Source: an uncultured Gammaproteobacteria bacterium (GTDB lineage: Bacteria; Pseudomonadota; Gammaproteobacteria; Steroidobacterales; MnTg04). Taken from it: a DNA stretch of 64,000 bases. The notes under the pieces were generated by a model. That model did no database searches and was not told the origin of the DNA. It was given only the letters and a program-made list of their open reading frames with translations. Below, piece by piece: positions 27,871 through 35,943 of the stretch. Position 1 is the stretch's first letter, and the number at the start of each line of letters is the position of its first letter. Both the position numbers and the translations under genes were made by a program. The stretch lies in contig CAZMOM010000015.1 of the NCBI GenBank assembly GCA_964568075.1, positions 7,385-71,384 of the forward strand. The letters are read 5' to 3'.

Positions 27871-28760
27871 GGAGCCAATCCCTGGTTTTCAAATACTTCC
27901 AGTCGACGATTGCGGTTATTGGTCACATGAAGATCGCCGGTCTTACTATCCATAATCAGATCAAGCGGAAGCATCAGCTGCCCCGGACCTTTGCCGATTT
28001 GCCCTATGGTGTTAACGCCTTTTTGCGTTTCCCGATCGAAAACCAGAACCTGGCCAAGCAAACTGTCAACCAGGTAAATCAGGCCCTTTGAATCGACGGT
28101 CAGACCCTGTGGCCGTGAGAAATTGAAATCGCCGACACAGGCAAACCAGCCACACCCGGCCGAACCGTTGATACTCGCCTTAAAGAACCCATCGAAATCG
28201 TAGATGTTGACTGTCCCCGTCGGATTCTGCGGGTCGCCGAAATCACTGACCAGTACCTCTCCCCGGGTCGGGTCCACGGCAATTCCTGTTGGCCGGTAAA
28301 GTGGTATCTGACCGGCTGCCGGCAGAGACCGCAATAATTCTCCGCCTTTGTCGAACACCCAAACCTTCGCCGTTGCCGAGTCACTGACAAAAATCAGTCC
28401 CAGTTTTTTATCTATTGCGATATCGGACGGACGAGCAATATGAAAACTCTCTCCACCGAGGATATATTGGAGACGACCGTTTCTGCTCAGAACATCGACG
28501 GATTGCGTGACTTCATTACCAACAAAAAACCTGCCCCAGCCAAAAGCTACGCTGACTGGTCGTCCGGGAACGCTGATCAGGGTGTCCTCTTTCCTCGGGT
28601 TGGGACTGATCACCACCAGCGCCTGGCGTTTGGAGTCGACTACGACGACGCTGCCCGAAGGCATTTGAGTGATTCGCGTCGGTGACAGAAAGGTTTGTGC
28701 CGTCACGGGCAAGGCGACAAACGAGCAAAGCAAGGCCAGCACCAGGATTCGGGCAGGCAT
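27867..28760 (-). CDS. NHL-repeat six-bladed beta-propeller protein (secreted)
   Basis: ATG at 28760 gives the signal peptide MPARILVLALLCSFVALPVTAQT. Repeated NHL-like blades follow (..GLIFVSDSATAKVWVFD.., ..GEVLVSDFG.., ..GLIYLVDSLLGQVLVFD.., ..GDLHVTNNRNRRLEVFE..). Confidence 0.8.
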   Translation of the reverse strand: MPARILVLALLCSFVALPVTAQTFLSPTRITQMPSGSVVVVDSKRQALVVISPNPRKEDTLISVPGRPVSVAFGWGRFFVGNEVTQSVDVLSRNGRLQYILGGESFHIARPSDIAIDKKLGLIFVSDSATAKVWVFDKGGELLRSLPAAGQIPLYRPTGIAVDPTRGEVLVSDFGDPQNPTGTVNIYDFDGFFKASINGSAGCGWFACVGDFNFSRPQGLTVDSKGLIYLVDSLLGQVLVFDRETQKGVNTIGQIGKGPGQLMLPLDLIMDSKTGDLHVTNNRNRRLEVFENQGLAP

Positions 28761-28977
28761 GGTTTTGCAACGACCCGGCAGTCGCCGACCGCGATGGAAA
28801 ACGGAGAAACTGATTATTGGTTCCTGCGATGTTGACATAATACAAAGCCGCCCGGCGTCCATTTTGTCGAGCCTGTTTCCCTAAGTCTGACAGGCTCCTC
28901 GGCTTATTTGTACCAGCAAAAGCAGGTTTTTTCTGTACGTGAAAGCCGAGATAAAATGTGTGCTAACCGCGTTCCGC

Positions 28978-30270
28978 TTACGCTTCCCAGTCGCCCTCCA
29001 GCCAGCGGGAAGCCAGTACTAACAAGCCGGCGGCCACGAGATAGAGGCTCGTGCCGGCCAGTATGGAGTATCTCAGCGCATCGTCGCCGTACCGCCCTTG
29101 CAGCCCGTCCGACAACGCGCCGATGACCACGGTGCCTGCGCCGATTCCAATCAGGTTATTGATAAAAAGAAAAACCGCGGAAGCGGTGGCCCGCATATTG
29201 GGTTTGACCAGGTGCTGGATCGCGGATATCACCGGCCCTAGCCAGACCAGGCCCAGGGCGGTCGGCACCAGCAATACAAAAAAAGTCAGGGCCAGTGATT
29301 GTGATAACACTCCGGCAACATACAGGGGCACGGTGGCGACGAAGGCGACGGCCGGGATCTTCGCGTAGACCGAGCGGTTGTGCTGCCCGAAACGATCGGC
29401 CATCCAGCCGCCCATCCAGATGCCCGTCAGACCACCGATCAGGATGATGGCGCCATAGAAAAGCGATGCATCCAGCAATGTGATCCCGTAGCTGCGAACG
29501 AAAAACGATGGCAGCCAGAAAAACAGCGCATAGCCCATCATCGACGCGCAGGCGGAACCCACCGACAAAAACCAGAAGCTTTTCTTGCTCGCGAGTACCC
29601 GCAGAATTTGTCTGATACTCACCGGTGACTGGACCTGGCCGGGCCGGTCAAACCGGCCGCGTATCGGTTCCCTGATCGTCAGCCGGAAAACAGGCGCAAG
29701 GAGAACACCGGCAGCGCCGACCACAAAAAAAGCGACCCGCCAGTCCACGGCGCTGGCGACCAGGCCTCCAAACACCATCCCGAGAGCGCTGCCTATCGGA
29801 ATGCCAAAGGAATAAATGCTCAGTGCCCGCGCGCGCTGGTCGGGCGGGAAGTAATCCGAGATCAGCGAGTACGCCGGTGCGACGCCCCCGGCCTCGCCCA
29901 CGCCAACGCCGAGGCGCGCCAGGAAAATCTGCCAGAAATTCTGGGCGAGACCACAAACTGCAGTCATCGCGCTCCACAGGGTCAGCGCAATAGTCATAAT
30001 CCAGGTACGGCTGCTGCGATCGGCCAGCATCGCGATCGGAATACCCAGGCCCGTATAAAACAATGCGAACGCGAGACCGCCCATTAGCCCGAGCTGGGTA
30101 TCGCTCAGCATCAGGTCGGCCTTGATGGGCACCGCCAGGATGCCGATGATCTGGCGATCGATGAAATTGAAGGTGTAAACCACCACGAGTATGAAAAGCA
30201 CATACCCACGTTTCTCGAACAAGCCGGTCGCGGGCTGATTTGCTCCCGTTGACTTCATCTGATTACTCAA
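28978..30270 (-). CDS. MFS transporter (spinster-like subfamily)
   Basis: 430 aa, about 12 TM helices, MFS motif A-like ..LADRSSRTW.., and an N-terminus (..FNFIDRQIIGILAVPIK..) typical of Spns-like MFS. 4-bp overlap with the upstream acyltransferase. Confidence 0.85.
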   Translation of the reverse strand: MSNQMKSTGANQPATGLFEKRGYVLFILVVVYTFNFIDRQIIGILAVPIKADLMLSDTQLGLMGGLAFALFYTGLGIPIAMLADRSSRTWIMTIALTLWSAMTAVCGLAQNFWQIFLARLGVGVGEAGGVAPAYSLISDYFPPDQRARALSIYSFGIPIGSALGMVFGGLVASAVDWRVAFFVVGAAGVLLAPVFRLTIREPIRGRFDRPGQVQSPVSIRQILRVLASKKSFWFLSVGSACASMMGYALFFWLPSFFVRSYGITLLDASLFYGAIILIGGLTGIWMGGWMADRFGQHNRSVYAKIPAVAFVATVPLYVAGVLSQSLALTFFVLLVPTALGLVWLGPVISAIQHLVKPNMRATASAVFLFINNLIGIGAGTVVIGALSDGLQGRYGDDALRYSILAGTSLYLVAAGLLVLASRWLEGDWEA

Positions 30271-30863
30271 GGATTAGAAAAAACTTTGCCGGTCGGTGCC
30301 TGGTCCGGCGGAAACTCGATGGGCCCCATATTCCCTGTGTTACGCGGGGTGAACGCAGCATAAAACTCCCGTATAAACCCCAGATCCTGCTCAAGAATGC
30401 CGCTAGGCGTAAAAGTTTTCCCAATGCCCATTCTCTTTTCCTGGTAATCGATAAACCCCAGCACTATAGGCACACCGACTTCGATTGCGATGCGGTAGAA
30501 ACCGGTTCTCCAGTACGGCATCCACTTGCGAGTACCTTCAGGCGCCAGCCCAAGCAAAAACCGATCATGAGTTTTGAAGGTGTCGATCGCGTTCTGCACC
30601 AAGTCACCACTTTTTTCGCGATTGACCGGAATAGCGCCCATGTGTCTCAGAATGCTGCCAAGCGGCCACCAGAACAATGTGTGCTTGGCGAAAAACCTGG
30701 CATCTATCCCCATCGCAATCTTGTAGGCCAGCAACCAGAACCCGTCCCAGTTCGAGGTATGCGGGGCAACGATCAGAACGGCTTTATCGATGGTCGGCGC
30801 TTCACCGACCATCTCCCAGCCGGTAATTTTCAGCATGCCCCCGGCCAGTCTTTTCGCGATCAT
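30267..30863 (-). CDS. lysophospholipid (PlsC-family) acyltransferase
   Basis: H-x4-D catalytic motif (HTSNWD) and an APEGTR motif; 198 aa. Confidence 0.8.
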   Translation of the reverse strand: MIAKRLAGGMLKITGWEMVGEAPTIDKAVLIVAPHTSNWDGFWLLAYKIAMGIDARFFAKHTLFWWPLGSILRHMGAIPVNREKSGDLVQNAIDTFKTHDRFLLGLAPEGTRKWMPYWRTGFYRIAIEVGVPIVLGFIDYQEKRMGIGKTFTPSGILEQDLGFIREFYAAFTPRNTGNMGPIEFPPDQAPTGKVFSNP

Positions 30864-30980
30864 GGCGAGACAATGTCACAGACCCCAGCCAGGAACAAAT
30901 CCGGGTTTTCGAATACCTTATGGCCGGGCCAGCCGTCTTGCCGGATGCCACAGAATTAAGGAGACAGGCCCGGCATAATG

Positions 30981-31008
30981 AAAAAAAAGGCGCTCGACCC
31001 GGAGCGCC
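30981..31008 (-). terminator. rho-independent terminator (minus strand)
   Basis: On the minus strand: GGCGCTC-loop-GAGCGCC followed by T8 (plus-strand A8 at 30981-30988). Confidence 0.7.
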
Positions 31009-31268
31009 GCGTGCATCATCGGCACATTCATTACTACAGGGCAGCATTGTCAGGAAGGGGACAGGCGACGGCAGTGGAAGCCGTTGTCTGTGCCCTGTTT
31101 TCCGGGTGGGGATGTCACGCGGACGGGTTTGACTGGCAAGCGCTATCGAGACAAATTTCCGGTCGAAGGCCGGCGTTGCAGATTCAAAACGACACGCAAT
31201 GGCTGAACCGCGATCTCGCGGGACCCGGTCACGGGCCGCGACGCCACGAGTAAGGTTACCCGAGATGT

Positions 31269-31706
31269 TCAGCTGCTAACGAGTCCAGCCAATTCTGCGG
31301 GTGTGACCGCGAGCGCGTTGGTCACCATGTCGAAGAAATGGACTTCCTGGTAGCTGACTTCTGTATCGCTTCTTATGACTTCAGCAAGCGCTTTTACGGT
31401 CGCAACCCGATTCTGCGCGTCCAGCTTGCGGCCACAGCTCGTAAGATACTTCTCCAGAGGAGCCGTCTCGTAGAGCTCTGAACGAGCCGCAATTCGGATG
31501 TCGGCACGGCTGACTTTCTCCCCGATCAATTGCTGAAGAATGCTCTGAACGGTCTCTACTTCGACAGGATGGATGTGTGCGTCAGAGCTGGACGCTCGGG
31601 AGAGCGTCATAAGGAGAACCTCCCGGAACAACTCTTTCTCTTCCTCCGGGCTTATCTCGGTACCGCGAAAGATTTTGATGACATTACTAAGATTGACGAT
31701 ACTCAT
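31269..31706 (-). CDS. TerB-like (tellurite-resistance TerB family) protein
   Basis: 145 aa, all-helical, with a pattern (..SSSDAHIHPVEVETVQ.. / ..VIRSDTEVSYQEVHFF..) that resembles the TerB metal-binding repeat. Confidence 0.6.
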   Translation of the reverse strand: MSIVNLSNVIKIFRGTEISPEEEKELFREVLLMTLSRASSSDAHIHPVEVETVQSILQQLIGEKVSRADIRIAARSELYETAPLEKYLTSCGRKLDAQNRVATVKALAEVIRSDTEVSYQEVHFFDMVTNALAVTPAELAGLVSS

Positions 31707-32105
31707 GATTCAGGGTCTCTCTTGTTGCTCTTTATGAATACCGGACCGCCTTGACCGGCGGCGGGCAGAGACGGAGTATACACGGCGCCGGTTCAAGATT
31801 GCACACAGCCAACACACCGGCAACAGGTGGCGGTCAGCGGACCGCATAGACTGCCTCTTGCGGAAGACCGCTGGTTGCCGCGGCCGGCAATTGTGACCAA
31901 GACGGGACAGACCACGGTTTTCACCCAGCGCGTGGTCCGTGCCCTGATCAGCCGTAGATCAGGCAGGCATCGAGCCCAAATGCACCGTTCCAGTGCATTG
32001 CACCAAAAAACAGGCTTGGTAAACCCCCATTATCTAACATAATGCCGACCCGGCTTCCCTCACCGGTGCGACCGAGGCCAATGATTTCGCCTGTAACTGT
32101 CGAGT

Positions 32106-32126
32106 TGTTGTATTTTTGATACAACA
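32106..32126. promoter_or_regulatory. palindrome TGTTGTAT-N5-ATACAACA (candidate operator, distal)
   Basis: Perfect 8-bp arms read directly, in the AT-rich region upstream of the TonB-dependent receptor gene at 32282. Confidence 0.35.
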
Positions 32127-32210
32127 CGGCCGCAGCACTGCGTTCAATGTCAAAAAACTGATTTAAAGAGCCTTATTTACTATGGTCTCAATTGGTGGTA
32201 TAAACTCGCT

Positions 32211-32237
32211 ACATGTTGTATTTTTTATGCAACATGT
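32211..32237. promoter_or_regulatory. palindrome ACATGTTGTA-N7-TGCAACATGT (candidate operator, proximal) plus direct repeat TATGCAACAT x2
   Basis: 9 of 10 arm positions are complementary. It shares the core GTTGTA/T[AG]CAAC with the distal site. TATGCAACAT recurs at 32226 and 32243. Lies 45-70 bp upstream of the ATG at 32282. Confidence 0.4.
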
Positions 32238-32281
32238 GAATCATATGCAACATTATAAATACACTGCATAAGGGAAATTTC

Positions 32282-35200
32282 ATGTCTACTAATATAAAAT
32301 TGCAAACAGGAGTTCGCCTGGCGCTTGGTGTAAGCGCGGGTGCGCTTGCTGTATCCGTTGCGCCGAGTGCTTTTGCACAGGAAGGCGCAGATCAAGTAAT
32401 CGAGGAAGTCATTACCACCGGATCGCGCATCAAAAGGGCTGACCTCGAAAGCGCAAGCCCTGTTACCGTTCTCAGCCGGGAAGACATTCTGGCCGCCGGT
32501 ATCACCGATGTCGGTAGCCTGATTCAAAGTATGCCTTCGATGTCCGGCTCGCCGATAGGAACCACCACGAACAATGGCGGTAACGGTTCCGTACTAATCG
32601 ACCTTCGCGGCATGGGTGTTGACCGCACCCTGACCCTGATCAACGGCCAGCGGACTGTCGACGGTGGTGATTACCAAACCATCCCCGCCACGATGATCGA
32701 GCGTGTTGAAATCCTGAAAGACGGCGCTTCAGCTGTCTACGGTGCCGACGCGGTTTCCGGTGTCGTGAACATCATCACGCGCCGTGACTTCGAAGGCATA
32801 GAAGTTACCGTACAACAGGCTGACTTCTTTGATATGAAGTCGGGCGCGCAGCAAACCGTTAGCCTGATCGCCGGTACGGCCTTCGAGGGCGGTAACTTCG
32901 TGTTTGGCGCCGAGTATGTGGACCAGGAACAGGCTTTCCAAAGCGACGCGCCGTGGGATTTCTTCCAGGATTCTTTCTACATCTATCCTGGAGGCTGCGA
33001 AAACCAGGTCGCGGCGCCTTATACAGGCCTGCCGACTGGTGGCTGTTACCCGATCGGATCTTCGCGAATCCCGGAAAGTCGTCTGTCGTTTATCAATAGG
33101 AGAGATTTTCTCATCGACCCCCTCACCGGGCTTTGTCTTGAAGACGCCAACGGGGATTGTATTCCCTCAGCCAACGATTTCCCCGGCAATGGCCTGATGC
33201 TGATCGGCACGCCGGCGACGACGCCGTACGAAGTCGGTTTGATGATGCCGCATGATAACCGCACGTACAACTATGCGCCTGTGAACTACATCCAGACGCC
33301 GTACGAGCGGACCAACCTGTTTGCCGAAGCTCACTTCGATCTGAGCGACAACGTCCGGTTCAATGCGACGATTCGGGGTAACTTGCGCACATCGGCGCAG
33401 GAACTGGCGCCGCTGCCATTCACCGGTGGCGACCCGATGTTCGACGGCGTATTTACCAATCCGGTTACCAACGTAGCCATACCTTACACGGGTGTCTCCG
33501 AAGATAACTATTATCTTCGTCGTGCCGTCGATGCCTACAACCTGGCGACCGGTTCCAGTCTGTTGTACGAACCGTTGGAGACTCCGCGTCGACGCATGAT
33601 TGAAACCAACCGCCGGTTCGAGCAGAACATCACTCAGTATCAGTTCGTCGCCGGGCTGGAAGGTACGCTCGACAACGGCATGGACTGGGATGTCCACTAC
33701 AACGAGGGCTACCGTAGCCGCATAGATAGGGACTTCGGTCAGTTCTCCGGCGTTCGATTGACCAACGCAATGGGCCCGTCGGCCGACCTTCTGGATGCTG
33801 GTGGTCTACCAGGTATTGACGGTCAACCGGAGTGCTACACTGACGTCACGACTGCCATCGCTGATATTGCTGCCGGAGACCCCCCAAGCACCATTATCGC
33901 TGGCTGTGTGCCGCTGAATATGTTCGGCGGTGGCGCGGTGAACGCGGCGGGTAAGCCGACCGTTACGACGCTCACCCAGGACATGATCGACTACGTCGCT
34001 CTTGATACGACCGATAATTTCATTTCGAAACAGCAGATCGGCGGCTTTAGCATTAGCGGTTCCGCGTTCGACCTGCCGGGTGGACAAATGGGCTGGGCAG
34101 CCGGCCTTTCCAACTGGAGACAGGAGTTTACTTTCACCCCTGACTCGGCCAAGTTGATCGGTGCTGTGACCGGCAACGTTGGCGCAGGCACCGATGGGTC
34201 ACTGACGAACAACAGTGTCTTCCTCGAGGTACTGGCGCCGGTGATGGATAACGGTACACAATCGGTGCAGTTAAAAGCCGGTGTGCGTTACGACGAGTGG
34301 AACGCGTTCGAAAACGACACTACCGGGCAGTTCGGTATTGAGTTCCAGGCAGCCGAAAGCCTGAAACTGAGGGCGACGGCCGGTACGGTTTTCCGTGCGC
34401 CGACGGTCTCCGACCTGTTCGGTGGCGTGGTTGACAGCTTCCCGACGTACAGCGATCCCTGCATTCCGGCCGCGGGAGACCCGTTGCCGGCAGGATGCGG
34501 AGGGCGGGTCGGCATTCAGACCGACAGCCAGCTCCTGGCAAAGGTCGGTGGTAATCCGCTCCTGGTCCCTGAGACCGGCGATACGTTCACAGCTGGTCTT
34601 GTGTGGACGCCAGAGTTCGGTAACGGTGACCTGTCGCTGACGCTCGACTACTGGCAAGTCGATATCGAGGATGGCATCAGCTCGCTTGGTGTTCAGTTCA
34701 TCCTGGACGACTGCTATCTCCGTGAGAATCCGGTATCTTGTGCTCTGATCACGCGTACGGCGACTTTCGATATCGATCACATCGATGACCAAAGCCTGAA
34801 CGTCGCCGACCAGGGCGCCAAGGGTGTCGATACCGAGATTCGCTACAGCCTTGATTCTGACATTGGTCAGTGGGAGTTTGCCCTTCTGTGGTCGCACCTG
34901 AACGAGCGCACCAAGACGCCGTTTGCCGGTGCTGCGGAAGAGCAGTTGGCAGGTAGGTACACCAACATTACTGGGGAAGACGGTGGTGGGTACCCCGACG
35001 ACAAGCTCAACTACTCGGCTCAGTGGCGTCGGAACGATCTGTCGATCGCCTACCTGGGTGAATACATCGGCCCGATGGACACGCTGGATGCTGGCTTCAT
35101 CGGCGACTATCTCTACGAGATCGATTCTCAGTTGTACCATGACGTCGTCGCCACGTATGACTTCGTTGGCAGTGGTACCTCGGTCTCCGTGGGCATAACC

Positions 35201-35320
35201 AACATCACGGATGAGGCTCCGCCGTACATTGATCTGGGCTTCAATGCGAAGACGGATGTGGCAATTTACCGGCAGTTCGGCACGGGCTATTTTCTGCGTC
35301 TGACGCAGAGCTTCGAATAA
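32282..35320 (+). CDS. TonB-dependent receptor (~1010 aa class)
   Basis: Signal peptide ending AFAQE, a TonB-box/plug region (..IEEVITTGSRIKRADLESASPVTVLSREDI.., ..IERVEILKDGASAVYGADAVSGVVNIITR..), and a long barrel. Confidence 0.92.
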   Translation: MSTNIKLQTGVRLALGVSAGALAVSVAPSAFAQEGADQVIEEVITTGSRIKRADLESASPVTVLSREDILAAGITDVGSLIQSMPSMSGSPIGTTTNNGGNGSVLIDLRGMGVDRTLTLINGQRTVDGGDYQTIPATMIERVEILKDGASAVYGADAVSGVVNIITRRDFEGIEVTVQQADFFDMKSGAQQTVSLIAGTAFEGGNFVFGAEYVDQEQAFQSDAPWDFFQDSFYIYPGGCENQVAAPYTGLPTGGCYPIGSSRIPESRLSFINRRDFLIDPLTGLCLEDANGDCIPSANDFPGNGLMLIGTPATTPYEVGLMMPHDNRTYNYAPVNYIQTPYERTNLFAEAHFDLSDNVRFNATIRGNLRTSAQELAPLPFTGGDPMFDGVFTNPVTNVAIPYTGVSEDNYYLRRAVDAYNLATGSSLLYEPLETPRRRMIETNRRFEQNITQYQFVAGLEGTLDNGMDWDVHYNEGYRSRIDRDFGQFSGVRLTNAMGPSADLLDAGGLPGIDGQPECYTDVTTAIADIAAGDPPSTIIAGCVPLNMFGGGAVNAAGKPTVTTLTQDMIDYVALDTTDNFISKQQIGGFSISGSAFDLPGGQMGWAAGLSNWRQEFTFTPDSAKLIGAVTGNVGAGTDGSLTNNSVFLEVLAPVMDNGTQSVQLKAGVRYDEWNAFENDTTGQFGIEFQAAESLKLRATAGTVFRAPTVSDLFGGVVDSFPTYSDPCIPAAGDPLPAGCGGRVGIQTDSQLLAKVGGNPLLVPETGDTFTAGLVWTPEFGNGDLSLTLDYWQVDIEDGISSLGVQFILDDCYLRENPVSCALITRTATFDIDHIDDQSLNVADQGAKGVDTEIRYSLDSDIGQWEFALLWSHLNERTKTPFAGAAEEQLAGRYTNITGEDGGGYPDDKLNYSAQWRRNDLSIAYLGEYIGPMDTLDAGFIGDYLYEIDSQLYHDVVATYDFVGSGTSVSVGITNITDEAPPYIDLGFNAKTDVAIYRQFGTGYFLRLTQSFE

Positions 35321-35343
35321 GCCAGTCCAGGCTGGTGAAAATG

Positions 35344-35374
35344 GAAGGGCCGCTCAAAGCGGCCCTTCTTTTTT
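35344..35374 (+). terminator. rho-independent terminator
   Basis: GAAGGGCCGC-TCAAA-GCGGCCCTTC followed by T6, 24 nt after the receptor stop codon. Confidence 0.85.
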
Positions 35375-35388
35375 AGGTGCGTTCGGAA

Positions 35389-35434
35389 GGGTCAGACCAC
35401 GGATTTACCGAAACCGTGGTCTGACCCTTTTTTT
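35389..35434 (+). terminator. second strong hairpin + T7 (tandem terminator / insulator between convergent genes)
   Basis: 14-bp perfect stem GGGTCAGACCACGG / CCGTGGTCTGACCC with an 11-nt loop, followed by TTTTTTT. Confidence 0.75.
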
Positions 35435-35441
35435 GGCAGCC

Positions 35442-35891
35442 TCAGAGGCTGCTTCGTCGCTGCCATAAACTTGCGTCATCCACCAACGCATACAACGCTT
35501 CGGCCGTTTCCGCCAGCCGGCTGCCGAAATATCCCGGGCGCGATCCCGGCGCCGGCCCACGGGATTTCTTTATCGACAGATCCTGCTGCCGGGCGGCATC
35601 CAGTTGCCATTTCATTGCGAAATGTCTCGCGGCCTCTCTCGGGGTGGATACGGTCGCAGAGTCAAAGTAGTCCGTCGGAACTTCGCCGCAGATAATCCAT
35701 TTAAACTCTTCGCCCTGTTCGCGAATCCTGCCGAGCAATACCTGGAATGGAAAGACCCACGCAGGTTTTGCCTCGATCATCACGCTCTCGAAAACGCCAC
35801 CGTCTATCAATTCGTGTACTGCCGCATCGAGTCGCTGCTTTATCCAGGCTTGCAGCTCCTCCCGTCCGCGCTTTTCCAGGTTCTCTGCCAT
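35442..35891 (-). CDS. DUF4826-family protein
   Basis: The ATG at 35891 (MAENLEK..) avoids overlap with the upstream methyltransferase. The motif ..WIICGEVPTDYF....REAARHFAMKWQ.. matches my recollection of DUF4826. Confidence 0.6.
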   Translation of the reverse strand: MAENLEKRGREELQAWIKQRLDAAVHELIDGGVFESVMIEAKPAWVFPFQVLLGRIREQGEEFKWIICGEVPTDYFDSATVSTPREAARHFAMKWQLDAARQQDLSIKKSRGPAPGSRPGYFGSRLAETAEALYALVDDASLWQRRSSL

Positions 35892-35943
35892 GTCCTTACT
35901 CTGACACCTATCTATGACCGACGCCAAAGCGTGTCGTAAAAAA

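Noticed and set aside
30978-31253. 91-aa ORF (MKKKALDPERR..) in the TerB-acyltransferase gap
   Set aside because: Its start lies inside the terminator hairpin. The composition is Arg/Gly/His-rich with no motif and no Shine-Dalgarno sequence. It is treated as non-coding.
35393-35406. 14-nt identity (CAGACCACGGATTT) shared with 43331-43344, suggesting a dispersed repeat
   Set aside because: The second copy lies inside the GST-like coding sequence and has no flanking similarity. A single 14-mer match is within chance expectation for a window of this size.
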